64,000 nt of DNA. Source: Bacillota bacterium. Its GTDB lineage: Bacteria > Bacillota > Clostridia > Christensenellales > CAMQZB01. The position numbers were made by a program, and so were the translations under genes. The notes under the pieces were generated by a model. It had not been told where the DNA came from, did no database searches, and saw nothing but the letters and a program-made list of their open reading frames with translations. This document shows, piece by piece, positions 23,972 to 32,352 of this stretch. The stretch covers positions 40,598 through 104,597 of the forward strand of contig JAWXUU010000005.1 of NCBI GenBank assembly GCA_044426085.1, given 5' to 3'. Each line of letters starts with the position of its first letter. Positions within the stretch are counted from its first letter, which is position 1.

Positions 23972-26245
23972 ATGGATAACCAAGTTAAAGAAATCGCGAA
24001 AAGAATAGCGGAACTTCGCCAAATAACTGGTCACACGGCGGAATATATGGCGGAAGTTCACGGCATTTCAGCGGAAGATTATCTTCGTGCGGAAAACGGT
24101 GAAGTTGATTTTTCTTATACATTCATGCACAAGTGTGCAAAAACATTCTCGGTTGACGTGTCGGAGCTTATTTCGGGTGAAGCGCCAAAGCTTTTCAAAT
24201 ATCAAATAACAAGATCGGGGGAAGGTCTTCCACTCAAACGCGAAAGTGAATTTGAATATGACCACCTTGCGGCAAACGTGAAAAACAGAAAATGTGATCC
24301 ATTTCTTGTAACTGCAAAGTATGATCCAGCCCTTGCAAACGGCGAAATCCCATGTTCTTGCCACGGCGGGGAAGAAATGAGCTACGTTGTGAAAGGCAAG
24401 CTTAAAGTTCAAATCGGCGATCACATTGAAATCCTTTATCCAGGCGACTGCGCTTATTATAACTCTTCAATCATGCACGGTATGGTTGCGGTGGACGGCG
24501 ATGCACAGTTTGTTGCAATCGTTTTGGAAGATGAAGCAATGGACGCCCAAAAAAGCGAGTTCCAAGTTCCAGAAATGGAAGAGCGCGTAAGATCAAGCGC
24601 TGATGCGGTTTATCGCAAATATGTTAAGCGTGAAGAAGATGGCAACGGCATTTTGAAAAACATATCTTTCAACATTCCTGAAAACTTCAACTTTGCATAC
24701 GATGTTGTTGATGAAGTTGCAAGAAAAGCTCCTGAAAAAACTGCTATGATGTGGGTTTCTGAAACCTTTGAAGATAAAAATATCACGTTTGACGATATGA
24801 AAGTTCAATCTGATAAATGCGCGAATTATTTCCTTTCTATGGGTATCAAACGCGGTGATAAAGTTATGCTTGTTCTTCGTCGTCACTATCAATTCTGGAC
24901 AGCAATTATCGCCCTTCACAAAATCGGTGCGGTTGTTATCCCTGCAACAGACCAACTTCTTGCAAAAGATTATGTTTACAGATTCAACAAAGCGGGCGTG
25001 ACGGCGGTTGTCGCAACGGCAAAAGGTATTGTGACTGATGAAATCGATAAGGCGCAAAAAGATTGCCCAACGCTTAAACTCAAGTTTGTTGTAAATGGCG
25101 AAGCGGATGGATATTTCGACTTTGATTTGGGTGTTGAAAACGCAAGAAAACACCTTGAAAGAAGAGAAACAAAATCAACAGACCCAATGCTTATGTATTT
25201 CACATCGGGCACAACAAGCTATCCAAAAATTGCAGAGCACGACTTCACATATCCACTTGGTCACTTTGTGACAGCAAAATATTGGCACCAAGTTCGTGAA
25301 GACGGTCTTCACTTCACAATTTCCGACACAGGCTGGGGCAAATCAGTTTGGGGCAAACTTTATGGTCAATGGCTTTGTGAAGCGGGTGTGTTCACTTATG
25401 ATATGGACAGATTCAAAGCGAGCGAAATCTTGCCAATGATTGAAAAATATAAAATCACAACTTTCTGTGCACCGCCAACAATGTATCGTTTCTTTATCAA
25501 AGAAGATTTGACAAAATACGATTTCTCAAGCGTGAAACACACATCAATTGCGGGTGAAGCATTGAATCCAGAAGTGTTTGATAAATTCAAACAGCTCACG
25601 GGCCTAGAACTTTTCGAAGGTTTTGGTCAAACAGAAACAACGCTTGTGGTTGCTAACCTTTATGGAACAACGCCAAAACCGGGTTCTATGGGCAAACCAA
25701 ATCCGCAATATAATGTAGAACTTTTGTCGGGTGATGGCTCGCCAGCCAAGCTTGGTGAACCGGGCGAACTTTGCCTTAATTTGAAAGACGGCAAGCCTGT
25801 TGGTATGTTCGCAGAATACTATCGCGACGAAGAAAAAACTGCCGAAGCGGTTTATGATGGCTACTATCACACTGGCGATATGGCGTGGGAAGATGAAGAT
25901 GGCTACCTTTGGTATGTCGGCAGAATCGACGACCTTATCAAATCTTCAGGATACAGAATCGGGCCGTTTGAAATCGAATCAGTTATCATGGAACTTCCAT
26001 ACGTTCTTGAATGTGCTGTCACAGGTGTGCCAGACGAAGTCCGCGGTCAAGTGGTGAAAGCAACAATCGTTCTTTCTAGCAAGGAAGGTAGCGAAGAATT
26101 GAAAGCTGAAATCCAAGAATACGTGAAAAAACACACAGCTCCATATAAATATCCACGTATCATCGAATTCATGACAGAACTCCCAAAAACAATCTCAGGC
26201 AAAATCCGCCGTGTTGAACTAAGAAACAACGGAGAAAATAATTGA
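23972..26245 (+). CDS. Fusion protein: XRE-type HTH plus cupin domain plus AMP-forming medium-chain acyl-CoA synthetase (ACSM/MACS-like)
   Basis: N-terminus IAELRQITGHTAEYMAEVHGIS (HTH). Cupin core YVVKGKLKVQIGDH...MHGMVA. Adenylation motifs MYFTSGTTSYPK, YHTGDMAWEDEDGYLWYVGRIDDLIKSSGYRIGPFEIES and PKTISGKIRR. Confidence 0.85.
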   Translation: MDNQVKEIAKRIAELRQITGHTAEYMAEVHGISAEDYLRAENGEVDFSYTFMHKCAKTFSVDVSELISGEAPKLFKYQITRSGEGLPLKRESEFEYDHLAANVKNRKCDPFLVTAKYDPALANGEIPCSCHGGEEMSYVVKGKLKVQIGDHIEILYPGDCAYYNSSIMHGMVAVDGDAQFVAIVLEDEAMDAQKSEFQVPEMEERVRSSADAVYRKYVKREEDGNGILKNISFNIPENFNFAYDVVDEVARKAPEKTAMMWVSETFEDKNITFDDMKVQSDKCANYFLSMGIKRGDKVMLVLRRHYQFWTAIIALHKIGAVVIPATDQLLAKDYVYRFNKAGVTAVVATAKGIVTDEIDKAQKDCPTLKLKFVVNGEADGYFDFDLGVENARKHLERRETKSTDPMLMYFTSGTTSYPKIAEHDFTYPLGHFVTAKYWHQVREDGLHFTISDTGWGKSVWGKLYGQWLCEAGVFTYDMDRFKASEILPMIEKYKITTFCAPPTMYRFFIKEDLTKYDFSSVKHTSIAGEALNPEVFDKFKQLTGLELFEGFGQTETTLVVANLYGTTPKPGSMGKPNPQYNVELLSGDGSPAKLGEPGELCLNLKDGKPVGMFAEYYRDEEKTAEAVYDGYYHTGDMAWEDEDGYLWYVGRIDDLIKSSGYRIGPFEIESVIMELPYVLECAVTGVPDEVRGQVVKATIVLSSKEGSEELKAEIQEYVKKHTAPYKYPRIIEFMTELPKTISGKIRRVELRNNGENN

Positions 26246-26550
26246 AAATTAAAAACAGGCTTCGCTCTGCGAGCTCGATAAAAATTAAAAACAGGCTTCG
26301 CTCTGCGAGCTCGATAAAAATTAAAAATTAAAAATTAAAAATTAAAAATTAAAAATTGTGGTAATGCATTTCGCTACGCTACATGCATTTCAATTATATT
26401 TGGCTACAATAAGCCAAACACTTCAGCATTAACAATCTATTAATGTAAAAAGGCTTAAAAATTGAAAGCACGAGCGGTACGCGAGTGCATTACCACAATT
26501 TTTAATTTTTATCGAGCTCGCAGAGCGAAGCCTGTTTTTAATTTTTAATT
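26246..26550. mobile_element. MITE/REP-like structured inverted-repeat element, copy A (full length, with outer modules)
   Basis: Left end: 2 x AAAATTAAAAACAGGCTTCGCTCTGCGAGCTCGAT, then (AAATTA)n, then GTGGTAATGCA. Right end: TGCATTACCACAATTTTTAATTTTTATCGAGCTCGCAGAGCGAAGCCTGTTTTT. The core is nearly identical to copy E. Confidence 0.8.
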
Positions 26551-26551
26551 A

Positions 26552-26594
26552 TAAAAAATGGGTTCGTCCAAGCTGTAAACTTGAACGAACCCAT
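26552..26594 (-). terminator. fba terminator
   Basis: Hairpin ATGGGTTCGTCCAAG/CTTGAACGAACCCAT with a U-run on the minus strand. Confidence 0.75.
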
Positions 26595-26622
26595 TATTAT
26601 TTTATTTTTAAATTGTCAGCGA

Positions 26623-27558
26623 TTAAGCTTTGCCGTTTGCGCCTAGAACATCCACAAGTTTGTGTGAAACAACTTCTGTGATGGCTTTTCTGCCAGCGCC
26701 GCAGTATTGACGTGGGTCGAAGTGACCTGGGTTTTCTGCGTAGTGTTTTCTGATTGTTCCTGTGAAAGTCACGCGAAGGTCAGAATCGATGTTGATTTTG
26801 CAAACTGCCATAGAAGATGCTTTTCTTAGCATTTCTTCTGGAATACCAATTGCATCAGGCATATATCCGCCGTTTTCGTTAATCATTTTCACGTATTCTT
26901 GTGGAACAGAAGATGCGCCGTGAAGAACGATTGGGAAACCTGGAAGTCTTTTTGAAATTTCTTCCAAGATGTCAAAACGAAGTTGTGGTTTTGTGCCTGG
27001 TTTGAATTTAAATGCGCCGTGGCTTGTTCCGATTGCGATTGCAAGAGAATCTACGCCAGATTTAGTAACGAATTCTTCAACTTCAGCAGGGTTAGTGTAT
27101 TGTGCGTCGTCAGCAGCAACGTTAACGTCATCTTCAATACCAGCAAGTCTGCCAAGTTCAGCTTCAACAGTAACGTTTCTTGCGTGAGCGTATTCAACAA
27201 CTTTTTTTGTTACAGCAATATTTTCTTCAAGAGAGTGGTGTGATGCGTCGATCATAACAGAAGTGAATCCATTGTCGATACATTCTTTGCAAAGTTCAAA
27301 ACTGTCGCCGTGGTCAAGATGAAGTGCGATTGGAAGACCAGTTTCTTCAACAGCTGCTTTAACCATAGCAACAAGATATGCTGGTTTTGCATATTTGATT
27401 GCGCCAGAAGAAGCTTGCAAGATAACAGGTGCGTTGTGGATTTTACAAGCCTCAACAATACCTTGAAGTGTTTCCATGTTGTTCACGTTGAATGCGCCGA
27501 TAGCGTATCCGCCGTCGTAGGCTTTTGCGAACATTTCCTTAGTGTTAACTAATGGCAT
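26623..27558 (-). CDS. fba: Fructose-1,6-bisphosphate aldolase, class II
   Basis: MPLVNTKEMF...GAFNVNNMETLQ...HLDHG...HGASS. Start set at MPLVN (GGAGG 8 nt upstream). Confidence 0.9.
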   Translation of the reverse strand: MPLVNTKEMFAKAYDGGYAIGAFNVNNMETLQGIVEACKIHNAPVILQASSGAIKYAKPAYLVAMVKAAVEETGLPIALHLDHGDSFELCKECIDNGFTSVMIDASHHSLEENIAVTKKVVEYAHARNVTVEAELGRLAGIEDDVNVAADDAQYTNPAEVEEFVTKSGVDSLAIAIGTSHGAFKFKPGTKPQLRFDILEEISKRLPGFPIVLHGASSVPQEYVKMINENGGYMPDAIGIPEEMLRKASSMAVCKINIDSDLRVTFTGTIRKHYAENPGHFDPRQYCGAGRKAITEVVSHKLVDVLGANGKA

Positions 27559-27782
27559 ATTAAATTCCTCCATATAATGAAAATCATTTCAGGCTTTCGC
27601 CTTATTATCTATATTATATCACAAGAAAATCCATTTGACCATAGTTTTTATATAGTTTTTTAATAAAAGTTAAAAAAATAACAAACTAATTTTTAAATTT
27701 TAAAAAAATCACCTATCCAAAGTGGATAGGTGACAGTTTTTTTGTTTTATATTACAGTTATTGATAAATCCAAAAGCGTTTA

Positions 27783-29396
27783 TCACTTTCTGTTTTCAAC
27801 TGATTTGAACCAAGCGGGAAGCCTTTTCAAAAGTTCTGTGTTTGTAGGCACTTTTTCAAACAGCTCGGTGATGATTTCCATAGGCTGTTTTTGCTTTGAT
27901 TGCACATATTTGCGAAGTTTAGAAATTGAATTATATTCCACTGCATCATATAAAAGTTCGTCGCGTCTTGTTCCTGATTTTGCAATGTCGATAGCGGGAA
28001 AAATTCTCTTTTCTGATAGTGACCTATCCAAAACAACTTCGCTGTTGCCTGTTCCTTTGAACTCTTCAAAAATCAAATCGTCCATGCGGGAATTTGTATC
28101 CACAAGTGCCGTTGCAATAAGGGTAAGCGAGCCACCGTCTGTCGTGTTTCTGCCACTGCCAAAGAAAGTTTTCACAGTTTGAAGGGCAGAAGCGTCCATA
28201 CCGCCCGAAAGCGATCTGCCACTGTTTTGAATGTTCATGTTAAGCGCCCTTGCAAATCTTGTCAAACTGTCCATAAGAATGCAAACGTCGTCGCCGTTTT
28301 CAACAAGTCTTTTTGCGCGCTCTAAAAGTGCTGTTGCAATTTTGATGTGACGTTCGGGCTTGTCGTCGTATGCCGAAAACACCACTTCACCGCAATCTGC
28401 AAGTTGCATATCTGTCACTTCTTCAGGTCTTTCGTCGATAAGAAGAATGAAAATAACAGTGTTTGGATTGCCTTTCTTGATTGCCTTTGCAAGGTTTTTG
28501 ATTATTGTGGTCTTGCCTGATTTTGGCGGAGACACGATAAGTGCACGTTGACCTTTGCCAATAGGCGCAAACAAGTCGATTGCACGAACGGCGTTGTCGG
28601 TTGAATCAAGAATGAATTTCTCGCTTGAAAATGTGGCTGTCAAGTTTTCAAAAGGCACGCGTTTGAATGCGTCGTCAACGCTTTTGCGATTGACGCCTTT
28701 GATATAAAATGCCGCGTATTTGTCGGGGCTTCTTTCTGAATAAAGTGCCTTGACAAAATCCCCCGCTTTAAGGCACATTTTTTGTATTAGTGCGCCCGAA
28801 ATATAAACGTCAAATTTTTCCGTTCTGATAAATCCGAAATTCTTGCCAGGGATAATTTCAAGAAGTCCCTCGCATTCCATTTGAATTTTTTGTGCAGTGT
28901 TGTCGGAAACATAATTCTCGATTTCCGTTGGAATAAGCGGTATTGATTCTGGGATAGGCTTTGTTGAAGGGATAAATGGAATATCTTCAATAAAGTCTTC
29001 CAAAATATTGCGACCTTTGTCAAAATCATTTGTTTCCACATTTGGTTTTGTTGGAATGTCGCTTTGATTGGGTGTTTTTTCAAGATTGTCGTGATAATTT
29101 TTTGCAAGCTCTTTTGATTTTTCCGCAAGGTTAGTGTATTCTTCAAAACTTGGTGCTAGCGGTTGGAACTGCTCGAATGCTGAAAGGTTTTCAATCAGTT
29201 CGCGAAGCCCCATCATCTGCTTTCTGCCTTTTTTGGAAGCGGTTTCAACTTGCGGTGTATCCAAAAATTGTATGATTGAATCAATCAATTCGTTTTTCTT
29301 CACCCCAGTGGAATTTGCCACCCCAATAAAAGAAGCAAACTCACGCAATGTGTAGATACTGCTTTCTCCTAGAATATTGCTGATTTCTTTGTTCAT
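27783..29396 (-). CDS. rho: Transcription termination factor Rho (long N-terminal insertion form)
   Basis: FAPIGKGQRALIVSPPKSGKTT, LLIDERPEEVTDM, and the C-terminus RIFPAIDIAKSGTRRDELL. Start set at MNKEISN (GGGGAG RBS). Confidence 0.9.
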   Translation of the reverse strand: MNKEISNILGESSIYTLREFASFIGVANSTGVKKNELIDSIIQFLDTPQVETASKKGRKQMMGLRELIENLSAFEQFQPLAPSFEEYTNLAEKSKELAKNYHDNLEKTPNQSDIPTKPNVETNDFDKGRNILEDFIEDIPFIPSTKPIPESIPLIPTEIENYVSDNTAQKIQMECEGLLEIIPGKNFGFIRTEKFDVYISGALIQKMCLKAGDFVKALYSERSPDKYAAFYIKGVNRKSVDDAFKRVPFENLTATFSSEKFILDSTDNAVRAIDLFAPIGKGQRALIVSPPKSGKTTIIKNLAKAIKKGNPNTVIFILLIDERPEEVTDMQLADCGEVVFSAYDDKPERHIKIATALLERAKRLVENGDDVCILMDSLTRFARALNMNIQNSGRSLSGGMDASALQTVKTFFGSGRNTTDGGSLTLIATALVDTNSRMDDLIFEEFKGTGNSEVVLDRSLSEKRIFPAIDIAKSGTRRDELLYDAVEYNSISKLRKYVQSKQKQPMEIITELFEKVPTNTELLKRLPAWFKSVENRK

Positions 29397-29493
29397 TTTT
29401 TCTCCCCAATGAGTATTGTTGGAACGATGTTCCATTGTGATTTTATTCGTTTATTTTATGACTGCAAATAAAGTTTAAAAGTCAAAATTAAAA

Positions 29494-29535
29494 TTGCTGT
29501 GTAAGTTGTTTGTGTTGTTGCTGTGTAAGTTGTTT
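29494..29535 (-). repeat. Tandem 18-mer (24-bp period) in the rho leader
   Basis: TTGCTGTGTAAGTTGTTT at 29494-29511 and 29518-29535. On the rho-sense strand this reads AAACAACTTACACAGCAA (C-containing, G-poor). Confidence 0.6.
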
Positions 29536-29561
29536 ATGCGTTTTAAATTGTGCTTAATAAA

Positions 29562-29960
29562 TCAAATTTCAGAAAAAGATATTTGAATTTTTTTGTGGCT
29601 TGCATTTTCAGAATCGAAATCTGTGTTGTATGCAAGGCTGATATATGTTGCAGTTTTTGTTTTTTTCACGCCGAAAGTGTGGGTGATAATCTTGCCAGAA
29701 AAATCCCCCATTTCTGTGCCAACAGAAACGTAGCCACGTCTTTTTTTGTTGAATTCTAGATATGTTTTGTTTTGGGCAATACGCGTGATTTTCACGCAGT
29801 CATCAGAAAATTCAATATTGTGAAGCACTTTGTCTTCACCAATATATTCAACTGCATCTAAAATAATTCTGTTTTCCATCTCCCTTTTGGTTCCGTCGCC
29901 ATAAAAAAGCCAAGGCACACCATCAACAAGTGAAGAAATTTTGATTTTAATATTTTCCAT
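29562..29960 (-). CDS. Small beta-barrel protein, DUF1934 (YwiB)-like
   Basis: 132 aa. The call rests on size and pattern recalled from the family, so confidence is low. Confidence 0.4.
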   Translation of the reverse strand: MENIKIKISSLVDGVPWLFYGDGTKREMENRIILDAVEYIGEDKVLHNIEFSDDCVKITRIAQNKTYLEFNKKRRGYVSVGTEMGDFSGKIITHTFGVKKTKTATYISLAYNTDFDSENASHKKIQISFSEI

Positions 29961-30167
29961 AAACTCTCTAACTCATATTTTGTAATGTAATAATCAATTT
30001 GATATATAATAATCAATTTAATATATAGTATAATACACTAATTTTAAAAAAAAGTCTACACATATTTAAAAATTCTTTCATTTTCATGTTCGCTTTTGTG
30101 TTATTTTGATGATTTTTTATCATTTTGGACAAAATACTTCCAATCAGTTATTGTGCTAGGGGGTATT

Positions 30168-31292
30168 ATGTTTAAGAAAATTACACTGTTTAAAAAAGTT
30201 GCACTGCTTATATTGTGCGTTGCGGTTGTGTTGTCGGTTGTGAGCGTGGAAAAATCATGCGCGCTTGCAAATTTAAAGGAAATTGAGATGTGTGGGGCGG
30301 TTGAAAGTGGCAATGAAGTGCTGTATGACGGTGATGTTTGTCACTTGTTTACCCACTGTCTTGTTGCAAATCCGAAAAAAGCTTTTGTGAAATCAAACGA
30401 TATGGCGGTGCACTACGATGCCGACTGCCTTGTGCCGTGCGAGTTTGAAAGGATTTTGCAGGAGCTTTATAACAACAATTATGTGCTTTGCGATATATCT
30501 GATACCTACGAAATTGAAAATGGCAAGGCGAAAAAGAAAAGTTTTTTGTTTCCGCAAAATAAAAAGCCACTCGTTTTAAGTTTCGACGATGTGGTTTACG
30601 ACCCCAAAAAAAGTGGCAAGGGCATGGCGGATAGGCTTGTTTTGCAAAACGGCGAAATCGCCACAGAAACTTTTGGCGAGGGCGTCAGCTTCGATAACGA
30701 ATTTGTAGGCATTTTGGAAAGCTTTATAAAAAAGCACCCCGATTTTTCGCATAACGGTGCAAGGGGAATAATTTGCCTAACGGGGTTTTCTGGTGTGTTT
30801 GGATATAGAACGCAAGAGGGAAGCGAGAACCGCGAAAGTGAAATCGCAAAGGCAAAGCAAGTTGCAAAAAGGCTTAGCGAAAGCGGTTGGAAGTTCGCTT
30901 GCCACAGCTTTGCCCACGGACACATGAAAAAAATGACAGCAGAGCAAATTGCTCTGGACACCCAAAAGTGGAACGACCAAGTTGCCAGCATAGTTGGAAA
31001 AACACAGCTGTATGTTTATCCTTATGGCGAGTGGGTGATCAGCGAAAATCAGAATGGCGAAAATGTCACAAGCGAAAAGCACACCGCGCTTGTGGATGCA
31101 GGCTTCAAAGTCTTTTTCGGTGTGGGCGCAAAACAGTTCTATTCATATCTGCCTTTCTCGGGTGAAGATAAATATCTTTTCATGGATAGATGTTCCCTTG
31201 ATGGAGTGACACTGAGAAGCGAAAACGGCGAGATAGAAAGGTATTTTGACCCTAAGAAAGTTATTGATGAAGAGAGTAGGAGGAAAAATTAA
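30168..31292 (+). CDS. Membrane-anchored polysaccharide deacetylase-family protein
   Basis: N-terminal TM segment KVALLILCVAVVLSVVSV. LVLSFDDVVYD and CHSFAHGHM resemble NodB-type motifs. Confidence 0.5.
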   Translation: MFKKITLFKKVALLILCVAVVLSVVSVEKSCALANLKEIEMCGAVESGNEVLYDGDVCHLFTHCLVANPKKAFVKSNDMAVHYDADCLVPCEFERILQELYNNNYVLCDISDTYEIENGKAKKKSFLFPQNKKPLVLSFDDVVYDPKKSGKGMADRLVLQNGEIATETFGEGVSFDNEFVGILESFIKKHPDFSHNGARGIICLTGFSGVFGYRTQEGSENRESEIAKAKQVAKRLSESGWKFACHSFAHGHMKKMTAEQIALDTQKWNDQVASIVGKTQLYVYPYGEWVISENQNGENVTSEKHTALVDAGFKVFFGVGAKQFYSYLPFSGEDKYLFMDRCSLDGVTLRSENGEIERYFDPKKVIDEESRRKN

Positions 31293-31405
31293 AAATTAAA
31301 AATTAAAAATTCAAAATTAAAAATTGTGGTAAGGCACTCGCTTCGCTTGTGCTTTCTATAATTTAAATAATTGAAAGTGCGGGCAGAGTGAGTGCATTAC
31401 TGCAC
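31286..31405. mobile_element. MITE/REP-like element, copy B (short variant)
   Basis: (AAATTA)n then GTGGTAAGGCACTCGCTTCGCTTGTGC ... TTGAAAGTGCGGGCAGAGTGAGTGCATTAC. The upstream gene's stop codon lies inside the hexamer tract. Confidence 0.65.
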
Positions 31406-31523
31406 CTATTCGCATTTGCTGTTTTAAATCGGAAAGGTTTATTATGTTTTTTTGCAAATGTGCGGAAAAAGATAATGAAAACAATTGACTTTTTTTTAAA
31501 AAAAGTATAAAATATGCATTGTG

Positions 31524-31635
31524 AGTTTAGAAATGCTAAACTTTTGGTTTATATATAGCTAAACTCGCTAAACTTATTGTTTAAAATTACTACATCTGTT
31601 AAACAAAAAGTTTATTTTAACGTAACATACTAAAC
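31524..31635. promoter_or_regulatory. Array of (G)CTAAAC motifs including a palindrome (candidate operators)
   Basis: AGTTTAG-AAATG-CTAAACT at 31524-31542; further GCTAAAC at 31558 and 31567; GTTAAAC at 31598; ACTAAAC at 31629. Confidence 0.45.
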
Positions 31636-31680
31636 AGAATGTTTATAAATACGTGCTTTATGCACCTTTTCGGCACTCTA

Positions 31681-31701
31681 AATCACAAAATCGTTGTGAT
31701 T
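31681..31701. promoter_or_regulatory. Inverted repeat AATCACAA-N5-TTGTGATT just upstream of the regulator RBS
   Basis: Perfect 8-bp arms. Confidence 0.45.
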
Positions 31702-31722
31702 TCACAAAAATAGGGGAACAAA

Positions 31723-32259
31723 ATGGAAATCGGAATCAAAATCAAACAAATGCGTTTGTCGCTTGGGCTCACACAAGAGGAACTTGCCGACAGATGTGAA
31801 ATAACAAAGGGGTATATTTCCCAGCTAGAAAACGACCTAACCAGTCCTTCGATTGCAACGCTTTCGGATATTTTATCCGCACTTGGAAGTGACCTCAGCG
31901 AGTTTTTTGAAAAGGGTGGCAAGGATGAAAGGGTTGTGTTTTCTGAAGATGCCTTTATCATAAAGGAAACCGACGAAGGCAAGCTTACTTGGCTTGTGCC
32001 AAACTCGCAAAAAAACACAATGGAACCTATTTTGATGATTGTGAAAAAGGGGTGCGCAACAGAAGATGATATGCCACACGAAGGTGAGGAATTTGGCTAT
32101 GTTTTAAAAGGCAGAATCAAAATCAACCTTGGATCTAAAAGCTATATTGCAAAAAAGGGCGAGTCTTTTTATTACGTTTCTGATAAGACGCACAACATCG
32201 AAAGTATTGGCTCGGAAGATGCGAAGATTATTTGGGTATCTTCACCACCAAACTTTTAA
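31723..32259 (+). CDS. XRE-family HTH plus cupin transcriptional regulator (PuuR-like)
   Basis: IKQMRLSLGLTQEELADRCEITKGYISQLEN plus a C-terminal cupin; upstream of potABCD. Confidence 0.8.
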   Translation: MEIGIKIKQMRLSLGLTQEELADRCEITKGYISQLENDLTSPSIATLSDILSALGSDLSEFFEKGGKDERVVFSEDAFIIKETDEGKLTWLVPNSQKNTMEPILMIVKKGCATEDDMPHEGEEFGYVLKGRIKINLGSKSYIAKKGESFYYVSDKTHNIESIGSEDAKIIWVSSPPNF

Positions 32260-32352
32260 AATAGCAATTGAAATATAAAAACAATAAAGAAAAATAAAAA
32301 ACAACAAAATTTTTCATACATACATGACGCTGTCGCGTCGGGAGGAATAGAC

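Noticed and set aside
26246-26550. Possible CRISPR array, because of repeated ~35-bp units
   Set aside because: Only two direct copies are adjacent, with no spacer between them. The remaining repeats are inverted and form one long hairpin. No cas genes are present. The pattern fits a MITE/REP-type element better.
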